Virus record (IMG/VR): IMGVR_UViG_2548876947_000004
Length of the DNA stretch: 64,000 nt
From: a virus
Lineage: Duplodnaviria; Heunggongvirae; Uroviricota; Caudoviricetes
Reading direction: 5' to 3' (one strand)
Position 1 is the first letter of the stretch. The number at the start of each line of letters is the position of its first letter. Below the pieces are notes generated by a model, which worked only from the letters and a program-made list of their open reading frames with translations, was not told where the DNA came from and made no database searches. This document shows positions 21,977-33,152 of the stretch, piece by piece. Made by a program: the position numbers and the translations under genes.

Positions 21977-23271
21977 TCACTATTACCAAAGAGCGACTAC
22001 TGACAATCAAGCAGTGGCGCGAAACATACGGACCTGGTAGCAACGTTGTACTGCCAGCAGAAGAAGCGGAAGAACTGGCACGAATTGCTCTGGCATCGCT
22101 GGAAGCAGAACCAGTTGCTTATATTTTCAAACATCCGGCCGGGAAATTATTCTGGGCTTTAACGGATGAAAGCAATAAAGAGCAACCGGACGTTATTCCT
22201 GTTTATGCTGACTCACCTGCGCCGGTTGTGCCGGATGAAATAGACGTAAACGATGTACCAAGGGCGGTGACATATTTCAAGACACACAGAGATTGTTACG
22301 CAGATGGCTGGAACGCCTGCCGCGCCGCCATGCTTCAGTCCGGAAACTTTCGGGAAAACAAGAATTCGTCAACCAATAATTTTCGGGAAATCGCGGAAAC
22401 GTCAACCAACTATCCGGTAATTCCTAGTGAGGTGTTGTCCGCAATCCTGAAGGTTGCCAAGATTCGTGCCGATTTCGATGATTTTGACGGTGACAGGCGA
22501 GGTATCGGTGATTGTCTGGATGAGGCTGAGCAAGAGCTTATCGTTACCATTAACAAATATGCCAGTCAGTTGGCAGCAGAACCGATAGCGACTAATGACG
22601 TTCGAGAGCAAACAGCCGTTCCGCCAGTTCCTGTAATACAGGCTGATGTCGCGCAGGCAATTGAAAAACTCAAACGGAAATTAGTGGAATGCAATCGCTA
22701 TAACTACTGCGCAGATGCAGTTAAGGGCGTTGAGTATGCCTGCCACGCTGCCATGCTTCAGGGTAGCCAACCTGTAAGCCAAAGTAAGACTTACAGGTTG
22801 GATTTTGGGCAATGGCTGGAACAGCAACGCGGGAAAATCGATGTGGACTGTGGTTGTGTGTCCACTGAAACATTCATGCACTGGCTGCGGGTAGCTTACG
22901 AGGCTGGCAACTATCCGGATATTCCGGATAGTTCGGTGCCAGCGCCAGGAAAGGGCGTCACCGGTGAACGTATCCGCATTAAGCCGCATGTTTATCGCGA
23001 ACTGGTTAACCGTCTCCACGATACAGCGATCAAGTGTGCTGGCACCCAGCAATTACGAGAAAGAATTAGCCGTGTTTTGGGCGACGTTATTACGCCATAT
23101 CATCATAAACAAGCCGAGAAAAGCGGTCTGGAAAGGTGTCATCTTGAGGCAGCATTAAACATTAAGCCGGGGCATACGCTTGGCATTATTGATGCACTGT
23201 TGGTTCATAAGATGGCCAGGGCTTTATTGTCGTTGGTGGACGCTGGTGATACAAGCGAGGGTGAAGTATGA
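21973..23271 (+). CDS. Hypothetical phage protein
   Basis: 432-aa ORF overlapping neighbours by 4 nt. Confidence 0.5.
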   Translation: MITITKERLLTIKQWRETYGPGSNVVLPAEEAEELARIALASLEAEPVAYIFKHPAGKLFWALTDESNKEQPDVIPVYADSPAPVVPDEIDVNDVPRAVTYFKTHRDCYADGWNACRAAMLQSGNFRENKNSSTNNFREIAETSTNYPVIPSEVLSAILKVAKIRADFDDFDGDRRGIGDCLDEAEQELIVTINKYASQLAAEPIATNDVREQTAVPPVPVIQADVAQAIEKLKRKLVECNRYNYCADAVKGVEYACHAAMLQGSQPVSQSKTYRLDFGQWLEQQRGKIDVDCGCVSTETFMHWLRVAYEAGNYPDIPDSSVPAPGKGVTGERIRIKPHVYRELVNRLHDTAIKCAGTQQLRERISRVLGDVITPYHHKQAEKSGLERCHLEAALNIKPGHTLGIIDALLVHKMARALLSLVDAGDTSEGEV

Positions 23272-23630
23272 GAGTTGCAGATCACATCAAACACCTTGAA
23301 AGAATTATCGAAAACGGTGAACTCTTAAGAGATCAGATGAGACGCACGGCAGAAGCCAGGGAGGCGATAATCCGCAGTCAGGCTGGTAAATTAAAGCAAT
23401 TGTCAGAGATTAACACGCTATACAAGAACAGATGTAACCGGGCGGTGATGCGGCTTCAGAAAGCACGTAATGAAATTAAATTGGTGGAGGCAAAACTGAA
23501 AAAACAGATCCAGCGTTACGATCAGCAAGATGCTTTTTATGCCGCCATCAAGGCGGCTGCTAATGAAATAGGCATCTGGAAGTTGCTGGTGGAGAAAGCA
23601 AAGACGAAGTTAAATGCCAACGAAAGCTGA
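23268..23630 (+). CDS. Hypothetical coiled-coil protein
   Basis: 120-aa ORF, K/E/R-rich helical pattern. Confidence 0.5.
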   Translation: MRVADHIKHLERIIENGELLRDQMRRTAEAREAIIRSQAGKLKQLSEINTLYKNRCNRAVMRLQKARNEIKLVEAKLKKQIQRYDQQDAFYAAIKAAANEIGIWKLLVEKAKTKLNANES

Positions 23631-23704
23631 ACTACAGGTGCCCACCAGCACATACAGAAAATGATTGTTTCCACATCAAGGAGATTTTAATGTTTCACTG
23701 AAAC

Positions 23705-23842
23705 ATTAAGTAAGCCAGTGCATAATTCCATTTTTTACTGACCTTAAAAGCAAAATCAAAACGATGATGAGGATAATAGCCAGAATCTGGCTAATAATAG
23801 GCGCATCTAAAAATGCACTCAGGAACTGAAAAAAAGCGTTCA
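23705..23842 (-). CDS. Small hydrophobic peptide (45 aa), possible membrane toxin or holin-like
   Basis: Hand-translated MNAFFQFLSAFLDAPIISQILAIILIIVLILLLRSVKNGIMHWLT; AAGGAAC SD upstream of ATG; single TM helix. Confidence 0.3.
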
Positions 23843-24831
23843 TTCAGGTGGTTCCTTGTCAAATGTAAAGGTGCACTTGCTCACGTTGACGTAGAAACCC
23901 AACCCCTATATAGTTGGATTCGGTGAATGAAAGTCGTTAACGTGAGCTTACGGCACATGTTTTCGGAAAAACATCAGGGAACGGCTAATTCCTTGATGCG
24001 GGTGGGGTCTGTAATGCAGACCCTATCTATTAACGTCATGATTGCATCTCAAATTTTCTCCTTATCTTCAATTAATCTACATTCATTTCATCTGTTAGCC
24101 ACCACAATATGTAGAAAATGGCCCTCTTGCAAGTGCATAACTTTGTGGATAACTCAGGAAGGAAAAAGTGGCTTTCGCGCACCTTCGGTCAGACAAGGTG
24201 TCCGGGAAAGTCAACGCAAAGAAAAAAATTGTTAAAAATAACGTTTGTTGGAATTGTATATTTTTACCCCCTTCAATGGTTAGCATTCTATTAACATCTT
24301 TTTTTAGAGACAGAAAAACATATCGTAACAACATATATACAGTATTAAGAGGCGAGTATTATCCTGCGGTGGGAATTCTGGGCGCTGTTAGATTCGACTT
24401 TCTCAGCAGGATTACATCGTCAACTTGCGACGTTGCCGTATGACTTTCGTGTAATAGGTGACAATGATGCGGCTAGTGAGTTACTTGTGAAGTTTTTCGG
24501 AAAAGGTTTTGTGGCCTCGGATCTTGATGAGCTACAGCAACATGAAGTGTCTAATTTGATTTTTAGCCATAGCCAATAAGCCTCCCTCCTCCATCAAGGC
24601 CACAATTTGTGACCTTAAACAATTTTTTTTCTGCTTTTTCTTATTTGAGGAAATAACGTTGTTGACAGCTAATAGGCTCGTTGTTGTTATACATGCCTGT
24701 ATAGATTATGACCGTAAATTATTAGCGGATTTTAAGCCATATTCACCGTTGTAGAAATTACTCATGTTCCATTCATTAGGAAGTTCTTTTCTGTCCAATG
24801 TATAGTGGCGCACGATATAACGATCTTCATC

Positions 24832-25062
24832 TTATTCGATGGACAGGCGGACATAGCCAATGTGAATCACCGATACGGGCGGTGTTCGTATTGCATAGAT
24901 GTCGCGGAGATATACCGGCAGCTCGACAAATGCATCAGGTGCATCTGTGATGCTCGTTTTTTCACAGTATTCATATAACGCATCGTTGATATCGTTAAGA
25001 GATTCATGATCGTATATTTCCAGGTAATTACCGCGATCGCGATGGTACTCGATTTTAGCCAT
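24832..25062 (-). CDS. Small protein at the position of P1 hot (theta-subunit homolog)
   Basis: 76-aa ORF immediately downstream of the lxr-like gene; assignment by position only. Confidence 0.4.
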   Translation of the reverse strand: MAKIEYHRDRGNYLEIYDHESLNDINDALYEYCEKTSITDAPDAFVELPVYLRDIYAIRTPPVSVIHIGYVRLSIE

Positions 25063-25647
25063 TCAAAATCCCCTGTTATCGTTTTGCATTTCTCTAATCC
25101 GGTTCAGAACTACTTCGTGCTGGACTTGGATAGCGGCTTTTTCGTTTTCAAGCCGGGCAATAGACATCTCTAATTCTTTGCTGTACCAGGCGAGCTGGGC
25201 TAGGTTCATCCGGTTGTGGTCGAGAGTTGGAGACACTTCGACGCGATCCCTTTCTTCCTGCTTTAATGAGAAGAGATTCATCTCATCCATTGAGGAAAAT
25301 TCAGCAACAATTTCTTGTTGATGATCCGGTCGCTGCGGCATCCTCGCCAGTATAAATGGCGGTTCTTTTGAAAACATGAATGTCGGTTCAGACCGTGTTT
25401 TTACCCAGCTTGCCTGCTGTCTTTCGGCAAGTTCACAGGCTTCATCATAGTTATCTGCCAAACAAAGCACGGATGGACGGTCCCACGCCCCACCATTCAG
25501 ACAATAAACTACAATTTTCCCGTCAGGTTGTGTAACCCCATATGGATGGTCCCACCAGGCGTCCAGCTGAGCTTTAGAGCGTTTCTCGTTAGGAGTGCAG
25601 TCAAAATTTTTGGGCAATACAGGATCGAGAGGAATGCGATTAGGCAT
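25063..25647 (-). CDS. Hypothetical protein at the position of P1 lxr (LexA-regulated)
   Basis: 194-aa ORF; promoter region contains a LexA box; no domain recognised. Confidence 0.5.
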   Translation of the reverse strand: MPNRIPLDPVLPKNFDCTPNEKRSKAQLDAWWDHPYGVTQPDGKIVVYCLNGGAWDRPSVLCLADNYDEACELAERQQASWVKTRSEPTFMFSKEPPFILARMPQRPDHQQEIVAEFSSMDEMNLFSLKQEERDRVEVSPTLDHNRMNLAQLAWYSKELEMSIARLENEKAAIQVQHEVVLNRIREMQNDNRGF

Positions 25648-25782
25648 AGCTAATTCCTTATTAACTGATTGGCAACGAGGTTACGCTGATCCCGCGGTGA
25701 TGAATAGTAGCAAAGAGCACAAAATCATCAGCGGTGGTTGATGTACGTAACGCGTTTGCACCAAAGGTGTCTCTTTAATGTA

Positions 25783-25802
25783 TACTGTATAAATGAACAG
25801 TA
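25783..25802. promoter_or_regulatory. LexA box (SOS operator) in the divergent lxr/humD promoter region
   Basis: TACTGTATAAATGAACAGTA matches CTGT-N8-ACAG with the flanking TA. Confidence 0.7.
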
Positions 25803-25821
25803 TTATTGAGGTAAAAACGCT

Positions 25822-26211
25822 ATGGGCTTCCCTTCTCCTGCGGCGGATTATGTTGAAAGCCGAATTTCTCTTGATCAGCAACTAATCAGGCATCCATCAG
25901 CAACCTACTTCATGCGGGCAGCTGATAGCCATCACCGTGAGGGAATATTGCAGGGTGCTTTGCTGGTGGTTGATTCCTCGCTTACTCCGGTTGATGGTTC
26001 TCTGCTTGTGTGCGCTATGGAGGGTGAATATCGCATAAAGAGATACCGAAAGTATCCGCGCCAGCACCTGGAGGATTTAAGCACCGGGAAGAAAGAGGCG
26101 TTACCAGTAGATGACGATGGTTACACGGGTAGTAATGCTGTTTTTGGTGTGATCACTCATGTCATCAATGATGCCCGGAGTGGGGAGTTTGATGATTGTC
26201 CGGTCATTTAA
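25822..26211 (+). CDS. humD: UmuD'-like translesion-synthesis accessory protein
   Basis: LexA/UmuD peptidase S24-like core; 20 nt downstream of the LexA box. Confidence 0.8.
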   Translation: MGFPSPAADYVESRISLDQQLIRHPSATYFMRAADSHHREGILQGALLVVDSSLTPVDGSLLVCAMEGEYRIKRYRKYPRQHLEDLSTGKKEALPVDDDGYTGSNAVFGVITHVINDARSGEFDDCPVI

Positions 26212-26277
26212 GCTGCAAAGTGCTGGTGCTTTATGCCTGTGAAGTTTATAATTGTGTACACATAACGAGTACACGAG

Positions 26278-26505
26278 GTGTTTATGCAATCCATTAACTT
26301 CCGTACCGCGCGCGGCAACCTTTCTGAAGTGCTCAACAATGTTGAAGCCGGGGAAGAGGTTGAAATCACCCGCAGAGGCCGTGAGCCAGCAGTAATTGTC
26401 AGCAAGGCTACTTTCGAAGCCTACAAAAAAGCGGCGCTGGATGCTGAATTTGCATCCCTGTTTGACACCCTGGACTCCACCAACAAGGAACTGGTTGACC
26501 GATAA
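26278..26505 (+). CDS. phd: Phd antitoxin (prevents host death)
   Basis: [39 protein letters not shown] matches Phd as recalled. Confidence 0.9.
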   Translation: MFMQSINFRTARGNLSEVLNNVEAGEEVEITRRGREPAVIVSKATFEAYKKAALDAEFASLFDTLDSTNKELVDR

Positions 26506-26885
26506 TGAGGCATATATCACCGGAAGAACTTATTGCGCTTCATGATGCGAATATAAACCGCTACGGCGGCCTGCCGGGAATGTCAGATCCGGGTAGGGCA
26601 GAGGCCATTATCGGGAGAGTTCAGGCCAGAGTTGCCTACGAAGAGATCACCGACCTTTTCGAAGTCTCCGCCACCTACCTGGTGGCTACAGCGAGAGGGC
26701 ATATATTCAATGATGCCAATAAGCGTACCGCGCTAAACAGTGCGCTGTTATTTCTACGCCGTAACGGGGTGCAGGTATTTGATTCACCTGAACTGGCAGA
26801 CCTTACTGTAGGCGCTGCGACTGGCGAGATATCTGTATCTTCTGTCGCCGACACGTTACGTAGATTGTATGGTTCTGCGGAGTAG
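26505..26885 (+). CDS. doc: Doc toxin (Fic-fold kinase)
   Basis: 126 aa with Fic-like [11 protein letters not shown] motif; start overlaps phd stop. Confidence 0.9.
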   Translation: MRHISPEELIALHDANINRYGGLPGMSDPGRAEAIIGRVQARVAYEEITDLFEVSATYLVATARGHIFNDANKRTALNSALLFLRRNGVQVFDSPELADLTVGAATGEISVSSVADTLRRLYGSAE

Positions 26886-26889
26886 ATTA

Positions 26890-27069
26890 ATGGCACGCAA
26901 ATACAACAAATTGTCCCGTGAAGCGTTAAAGATGCTTCTTGATGGCGTGAGTCGCCGCGAGGTAAAGCAATACCTGGTTGGTAAGCAAATTGGAGCCAGG
27001 ACTGCTATTGCTGTGTTATGCCGTCAGGAAATGGTTGTGCTTAAACAGAGAATGCCGGGCAGCAGATAA
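26890..27069 (+). CDS. Small basic hypothetical protein
   Basis: ATG at 26890 inside ORF 26869-27069; 59 aa. Confidence 0.35.
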   Translation: MARKYNKLSREALKMLLDGVSRREVKQYLVGKQIGARTAIAVLCRQEMVVLKQRMPGSR

Positions 27070-27096
27070 AGCCCAATCAGTGATGAAAGGTGTGAT

Positions 27097-28140
27097 GTGA
27101 AAGCCGTAATTACTCCCTTTGTACAAAAAGAGCTTGGCGTCGCCACATTCAAAGTGGATCAGGAAGTCAGAAAGCTGGTGGAGGCTGGCCGTAAATTTAT
27201 TATGGAGCCGGTGCCGCGTGAGTTAATCGAGCACATGGACGACGGCCTCGTTGTTTCCGAGCAAACCATGGCAACAAATGAGGCGTTGCAGCCGTTTTTT
27301 AACAGCGATGAGCTGTTTCGTCGTATTGGTGGAATTGACGCGCTGGTGGCGTGGTTGCGCAGGAAAGAGGGGCGATGCCAGGCCGCAGATCGTAGCTGGT
27401 GTGACAACCATATTGTCCACGCTGAACGAGACAATAGCGCGGTGTTGTTGTGCTGGCATCACGATAACCATTACCGGATGCGTGGTTTTAATGAGCTGAA
27501 AGAAACGCTGCATAATAATCGCGTTAACTGGATACTGGATGTCGCCCGTCAGGAAATGGGGCTTTCAGATGGCCATGATTTAAGTATTCAGGAACTGTGC
27601 TGGTGGGCTTTCATGCGCAACATGATGCACCTGATGCCGGAAGAAGTTTGCCGTATATCAATAAATAAGATGAAAGCCGCAACGCAGGATAGCGGACCTC
27701 TGAAAGAGGCGGATATTCGCCCGTATGACGATCGCGCTACAGCATATGTTCAGATGATGGAAGAACGCGCCGCGCCGATGCGTGCAAAAGTATGCCCTGT
27801 GGATGTTGACTCCGACCCTGGCATGGCGCATTTCAAAATACCAAAACTGCAATCGCTAAAATTACCTGAGTACATGGACTTTGTTGCTTCCCGTCCATGC
27901 TGTGGGTGTGGAGCGGCGGGAGCTGGCGCTCACATTACGCCTTATATCGTTCGTCATAGTCGATTATGCGCGCATGACATTTACGCAATTCCTCTGTGCC
28001 AGTCATGCCAGCGTGATATTGAGCGTGACCGCGATAATTGGGAGAAGACGCACGGTAGGCTGGCGATGCATCAACGATTGTTCTTTGATTACGCGCTTGG
28101 AGTCGGCGCTATCACAAGTCACTCGTCGAGCGTTAGATAA
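27097..28140 (+). CDS. Hypothetical Cys-rich protein (position of pdcB)
   Basis: 347-aa ORF, GTG start; C-terminal CCGCG...CQSCQ cluster. Confidence 0.55.
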   Translation: MKAVITPFVQKELGVATFKVDQEVRKLVEAGRKFIMEPVPRELIEHMDDGLVVSEQTMATNEALQPFFNSDELFRRIGGIDALVAWLRRKEGRCQAADRSWCDNHIVHAERDNSAVLLCWHHDNHYRMRGFNELKETLHNNRVNWILDVARQEMGLSDGHDLSIQELCWWAFMRNMMHLMPEEVCRISINKMKAATQDSGPLKEADIRPYDDRATAYVQMMEERAAPMRAKVCPVDVDSDPGMAHFKIPKLQSLKLPEYMDFVASRPCCGCGAAGAGAHITPYIVRHSRLCAHDIYAIPLCQSCQRDIERDRDNWEKTHGRLAMHQRLFFDYALGVGAITSHSSSVR

Positions 28141-28141
28141 A

Positions 28142-28158
28142 GTTGCTCTAATGTATTG
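28142..28158 (+). promoter_or_regulatory. Weak C1 operator-like site
   Basis: GTTGCTCTAATGTATTG, 13/17 to consensus, directly after the upstream stop. Confidence 0.35.
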
Positions 28159-28228
28159 CTATTTCTTTAATCGAGGGTATTATATTCCACGTTGATTAGT
28201 TGACATGGGCTAATCAGTAGGTGACAGG

Positions 28229-28681
28229 ATGTTACTTAACTGGCAGGGACGCCACTTCATGGAAATAAATCACTCACGAATAACATCGTACGAGATTGCG
28301 GATTACATGATCCGCACTAAATCTCTTCTATCCGCGAAAGAACTCGCAGCAATTCTTGAAAAGGAATACCCGCATCTGGATATCGATAAGCGCGATGTTT
28401 ATCTGCGCTTAAAGGCTATCGCTGTGTCTAAGTATTCGTCTGTTTTGATTGATGACAGTACACGCCCACGTAGATTTCAGATCCACTCTCTGAATCCTGA
28501 ATTCTTTCGCCGTAGCCGCGCTCCGCGCCGGTTTGATGAAAAACTCCAGAACGAACTCTATATGACGCAGGACGAAAAGGAACGCCGGGAGCACCAGCCT
28601 TGGGTAATGGCGCGTCAACTTTTCAATAAGGTGGCCCGTCAGCACCGTCATTACGGTAATGCCACATCCGCACGTATCTGA
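28229..28681 (+). CDS. Hypothetical protein immediately upstream of pacA (possibly the late promoter activator Lpa)
   Basis: 150-aa ORF behind an operator-like site; assignment by position only. Confidence 0.45.
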   Translation: MLLNWQGRHFMEINHSRITSYEIADYMIRTKSLLSAKELAAILEKEYPHLDIDKRDVYLRLKAIAVSKYSSVLIDDSTRPRRFQIHSLNPEFFRRSRAPRRFDEKLQNELYMTQDEKERREHQPWVMARQLFNKVARQHRHYGNATSARI

Positions 28682-28766
28682 TTGATTGCTTGCCCGTTCC
28701 GGGCCTTTTGACATGTGACTTTCGTTACCCTCGCGTCAAAAAGAGTTTTTACGAAAGGAAGCATAA

Positions 28767-29960
28767 GTGACCTGGGACGATCACAAGAAGAATTTTGCTC
28801 GCCTGGCGCGAGATGGTGGTTACACCATCGCACAGTATGCCGCCGAGTTTAATCTTAACCCTAATACTGCACGTCGTTATCTCCGTGCCTTCAAAGAAGA
28901 CACCAGGACAGCGGACAGCCGCAAGCCAAATAAGCCAGTCAGGAAGCCACTAAAAAGCATGATCATTGATCACTCTAATGATCAACATGCAGGTAATCAC
29001 ATTGCGGCTGAAATAGCGGAAAAACAAAGGGTTAATGCCGTTGTCAGTGCCGCAGTCGAGAATGCGAAGCGCCAAAATAAGCGCATAAATGATCGTTCTG
29101 ATGATCATGACGTGATCACCCGCGCCCACCGGACCTTACGAGATCGCCTGGAACGCGACACCTTGGATGATGATGGTGAACGCTTTGAATTCGAAGCTGG
29201 CGATTACCTGATAGATAACGTTGAAGCGCGGAAGGCCGCGCGCGCTATGTTGCGTCGGTCCGGGGCCGATGTTCTGGAAACCACTCTTCTGGAAAAGTCT
29301 CTTTCTCATCTCCTTATGCTGGAGAACGCCAGGGATACGTGTATTCGCCTGGTGCAGGAAATGCGCGATCAGCAAAAAGACGATGATGAAGGTACTCCGC
29401 CTGAATACCGTATCGCGAGCATGCTAAACAGCTGTTCCGCGCAGATAAGCAGTCTGATCAACACCATTTACAGCATCCGGAATAACTATCGAAAAGAAAG
29501 CCGGGAGGCGGAAAAGCACGCTTTATCTATGGGGCAAGCTGGCATTGTTAAGCTGGCATACGAACGAAAGCGTGAAAATAACTGGTCAGTGCTGGAAGCA
29601 GCTGAATTCATCGAGGCGCATGGCGGGAAAGTGCCGCCCCTGATGCTGGAGCAAATCAAAGCCGATCTGCGTGCTCCTAAGACCAATACCGATGATGAGG
29701 AAAGGCAAACAGCCGTCGGTGGCCCTTCTCTTGAAGATCTGGACAAAGTTGCGCGAGAACGGGCCGCCAACCGCCGCGCCGATGCCGCATTGTGGATTGA
29801 GCAGCGTAGGGAAGAAATCGCCGATATCGTTGATACAGGCGGTTATGGAGATGTTGATACTGAAGGTGTATCAAACGACCCATGGCTGGAACAAGACCTG
29901 GACGAAGACGAGGAGGAAGACGAAGAAGTTACCCGCAAGCTATACGGGGATGATGATTAA
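28767..29960 (+). CDS. pacA: Packaging protein PacA (small terminase-like subunit; contains pac)
   Basis: 397-aa ORF, GTG start after AAAGGAAG SD; carries the GATC-hexamer pac site; acidic C-terminus. Confidence 0.8.
   Translation: MTWDDHKKNFARLARDGGYTIAQYAAEFNLNPNTARRYLRAFKEDTRTADSRKPNKPVRKPLKSMIIDHSNDQHAGNHIAAEIAEKQRVNAVVSAAVENAKRQNKRINDRSDDHDVITRAHRTLRDRLERDTLDDDGERFEFEAGDYLIDNVEARKAARAMLRRSGADVLETTLLEKSLSHLLMLENARDTCIRLVQEMRDQQKDDDEGTPPEYRIASMLNSCSAQISSLINTIYSIRNNYRKESREAEKHALSMGQAGIVKLAYERKRENNWSVLEAAEFIEAHGGKVPPLMLEQIKADLRAPKTNTDDEERQTAVGGPSLEDLDKVARERAANRRADAALWIEQRREEIADIVDTGGYGDVDTEGVSNDPWLEQDLDEDEEEDEEVTRKLYGDDD
28960..29118. other. pac packaging site: two clusters of TGATCA/G hexamers
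   Basis: TGATCA at 28960, 28967, 28979 and TGATCG/TGATCA at 29090, 29102, 29113; about 159 bp span inside pacA. Confidence 0.75.
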
Positions 29961-31444
29961 TGGCCAGAAGTTGCGTAACGGATCCTCGTTGGCGCGAGCT
30001 GGTGGCGCTATATCGTTATGACTGGATTGCTGCCGCTGATGTTTTGTTCGGCAAAACACCTACCTGGCAGCAGGATCTGATTATTGAGTCTGTGCAGGAA
30101 CAGGGTAGCAAGACATCTGTTTCGTCTGGTCACGGTACCGGGAAATCAGACATGACTTCTATCATGATCATGTTGTTCATAATCATGTATCCCGGTGCCC
30201 GCGCCATTATCGTTGCGAACAAAATTCAGCAGGTAATGACCGGTATATTCAAGTACATCAAGATAAACTGGGCTACTGCCACCAGCCGTTTTCCATGGCT
30301 TGCTGATTATTTTGTTCTGACAGAAACCGCTTTCTATGAGGTTACTGGTAAAGGTGTATGGACTGTAGTACCGAAGGGCTTTCGTCTGGGAAGTGAAGAA
30401 GCTCTCGCCGGTGAACACGCAGATCATCTTCTGTATATTATCGATGAAGCCTCCGGTGTCAGTGATAGAGCTTTCGGTATCATCACCGGTGCTCTTACCG
30501 GACAGGATAACCGCATCTTATTGCTGTCACAGCCTACACGCCCAAGCGGCTATTTCTACGATACTCACCATAAACTGGCCAAGCGTCCTGGTAACCCTGA
30601 TGGCGTTTATACGGCGATCACGCTTAACAGTGAGGAATCACCGCTGGTAACGCCAGCATTTATCAAAATGAAGCTGGCGGAGTACGGCGGGCGCGATAAC
30701 CCTATGTACATGATTAAGGTACGCGGCCTATTCCCTAAATCACAGGATGGCTTCCTTCTTGGACGTGATGAGGTTGAACGTGCAACGCGGCGGAAAGTCA
30801 AGATTGCCAAAGGATGGGGCTGGCTTGCATGTGTGGACGTTGCTGGTGGTACGGGAAGGGATAAGTCCGTTATCAATATCATGATGGTGTCCGGCCAGCG
30901 AAACAAACGCCGTGTAATCAACTATCGAATGCTGGAATACACAGACGTTACAGAAACGCAGCTTGCCGCCAAAATTTTCGCAGAATGTAATCCTGAGCGA
31001 TTCCCCAATATCACCATAGCGATAGATGGCGATGGCCTGGGTAAAGCAACAGCGGATCTGATGTACGAGTATTATGGTATTACCGTACAGCGTATACGCT
31101 GGGGTAAAAAGATGCATAGCCGTGAAGATAAGAGCCTGTACTTTGATAAACGTGCTTATGCCAACGTTAAAGCCGCAGAGGCCGTAAAATCTGGTCGTAT
31201 GAGACTGGATAAGGGTAATGAAACTATTGAGGAAGCGTCGAAAATCCCTGTAGGGATTAACTCCGCAGGTCAATGGAAGGTGATGAGTAAGGAGGATATG
31301 AAGAAAAAACTCAACCTGCACTCACCAGACCATTGGGATACATATTGTTTCGCTATACTGGCGGATTATGTTCCCCAGGATGAAGTGCTTAGCGTCGAAG
31401 ACGAAGCGCAGGTTGATGAAGCTCTGGCATGGCTTAATGAATGA
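29960..31444 (+). CDS. pacB: Terminase large subunit PacB
   Basis: Walker A GHGTGKS, Walker B-like LYIIDEAS; start overlaps pacA stop (TAATG). Confidence 0.88.
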   Translation: MARSCVTDPRWRELVALYRYDWIAAADVLFGKTPTWQQDLIIESVQEQGSKTSVSSGHGTGKSDMTSIMIMLFIIMYPGARAIIVANKIQQVMTGIFKYIKINWATATSRFPWLADYFVLTETAFYEVTGKGVWTVVPKGFRLGSEEALAGEHADHLLYIIDEASGVSDRAFGIITGALTGQDNRILLLSQPTRPSGYFYDTHHKLAKRPGNPDGVYTAITLNSEESPLVTPAFIKMKLAEYGGRDNPMYMIKVRGLFPKSQDGFLLGRDEVERATRRKVKIAKGWGWLACVDVAGGTGRDKSVINIMMVSGQRNKRRVINYRMLEYTDVTETQLAAKIFAECNPERFPNITIAIDGDGLGKATADLMYEYYGITVQRIRWGKKMHSREDKSLYFDKRAYANVKAAEAVKSGRMRLDKGNETIEEASKIPVGINSAGQWKVMSKEDMKKKLNLHSPDHWDTYCFAILADYVPQDEVLSVEDEAQVDEALAWLNE

Positions 31445-31447
31445 ATA

Positions 31448-31464
31448 TTTGCTCTAATAAATTG
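31448..31464 (+). promoter_or_regulatory. C1 operator
   Basis: TTTGCTCTAATAAATTG, 15/17, four nt after the pacB stop. Confidence 0.55.
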
Positions 31465-32001
31465 TGTTTTTTAGCTGCCGATGTTACATTGAACCTGACC
31501 TCTTGCGCCTTGAGGCATTTTCGGTTTATGCTTATCAGGCACCTCATTAAAACGGGTGCCGGGATTGGCCTCCCGCTTAAGTCTAAGGCGATACAGACGC
31601 CGCTCGCGTCTTTTTTTTGTATCGGCGTACACGCACACCTCTACAATGGTGGGCTGTATGGGGCTACCTTCGGGTAGGCTGGTTACCTTGGACGCCAGTA
31701 AGGCCAACTCCGTACAGTCCACCGCCAGCAAGATTGGTCTCTTCTGCGGTGGTTACATACCAACGTCTAAGGAGGCTGCCAATATGGCTACTATCCCTAC
31801 CCCAACTCATCCTGAATTTATCTGGCGCTTTTACTCCTGCCAAAAACGTCACTATCACTTCGTTATTGCACCAACAGAAGATGAGGCCCGCTCTCAGCTT
31901 CCTGACGCCCCATGTATTTTCTCTGCCCGTTTTTCCACTGATTCACGCAATTCTCTCAGTTACTGGTGCCTCCCTGTTAACGCTTCTGCTCAGGAGGGAC
32001 T

Positions 32002-33120
32002 ATGAGAACGTCATTAGTCACCCGTGAAGAGATGATCGAGGCAATTGAACAGCACACTGCCTGTATCAGTACCAGGGATATACCAGGCGTTATTGCCAAC
32101 TACTTCATGATCACCAAACAACTTTACCGGAGAAAGGACAAGAACGCGGTTCACCGTATCCTGTTGTCTGATATCCGCGAATACCTGCTCGAACAGGGTC
32201 ATCTGAATTACGCAACCGTCGCAGCCGAAGCACGCAAGGAGGCACACAGAATGAAAGCAACTAACGTTAAATCAGAAAAAATTCATGCACCTTCAGTTCA
32301 GGAATCGGAGCTGGTGGTTGTTCAGAATCAGTCTGATGAAATTCCCGTTCTGGAATGGCAGGGAGTGCGTGTAGTGACAACCGAGACTCTTGCTAGAGGG
32401 TATGGGACAGAAACAATCCGTATTCGCCAAAATCATCATGAGAACAAAGTACGCTTTGTTGAAGGGAAGCACTTTTTCAAAGTTGAAGGAGAATCATTGC
32501 GCGAGTTGAAGCACAGAGTAGCTTTAAACTACTCTGTAAAAATTGCTCGCAATGTTCGCTCACTCACCCTCTGGACAGAACGCGGCGCAGCCCGCCACGC
32601 TAAAATGCTCGAAACCGATCAGGCATGGGCATTCTTTGAAAAACTGGAAGACAGCTACTTCCGACAAAAAGAACAGCAACCGATCGCAATCCCCCAGACG
32701 CTTCCTGAAGCCCTACGCCTGGCTGCCGAACTGGCTGAACAAAAGCAACTTCTGGAACAGAAAGCCCACCAGCTAAATCAGCAGCTGGTGGCCGCCGCTC
32801 CTAAAGTCGATTTTGCCGACCGGGTATCAGTAGCTAAAGGGATCCTGATTGGGAATTTTGCAAAGGTTGTTGGACTTAAGCAAAACGCGCTGTTTGTCTG
32901 GTTACGGGAGAACGGCATCCTGATAGCGTCCGGTGGACGTAAAAATGTGCCGTTCCAGCAGTACATCAACGCGGGGTATTTCACGGTGAAAGAAGTGGTG
33001 CTGGATGATGAAGATGGCTACCAGATACGGTTGACGCCTCAATTAACGGGTAAAGGCCAGCAGTGGTTGACGCGTAAACTGCTCGATGCTGGCTTGTTAA
33101 AACCGGTGGCAGCTGAATAA
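32002..33120 (+). CDS. Antirepressor-like protein (Bro-N/ORF6N N-terminal domain plus KilAC/ANT C-terminal domain)
   Basis: 372 aa; LEWQGVRVVTTETLARGYG...FFKVEGESL (ORF6N-like) and C-terminal AKGILIGNFAKVVGL...GYFTVKEV (KilAC-like). Confidence 0.65.
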   Translation: MRTSLVTREEMIEAIEQHTACISTRDIPGVIANYFMITKQLYRRKDKNAVHRILLSDIREYLLEQGHLNYATVAAEARKEAHRMKATNVKSEKIHAPSVQESELVVVQNQSDEIPVLEWQGVRVVTTETLARGYGTETIRIRQNHHENKVRFVEGKHFFKVEGESLRELKHRVALNYSVKIARNVRSLTLWTERGAARHAKMLETDQAWAFFEKLEDSYFRQKEQQPIAIPQTLPEALRLAAELAEQKQLLEQKAHQLNQQLVAAAPKVDFADRVSVAKGILIGNFAKVVGLKQNALFVWLRENGILIASGGRKNVPFQQYINAGYFTVKEVVLDDEDGYQIRLTPQLTGKGQQWLTRKLLDAGLLKPVAAE

Positions 33121-33152
33121 TGGAAGAATGCCCGGTTGATGCCGGGCATAAT

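Noticed and set aside
24660-24695. TTGACA-N17-like promoter on the plus strand
   Set aside because: The -10 match is weak and there is no downstream ORF; mentioned only as a possible antisense start toward the hot-like gene.
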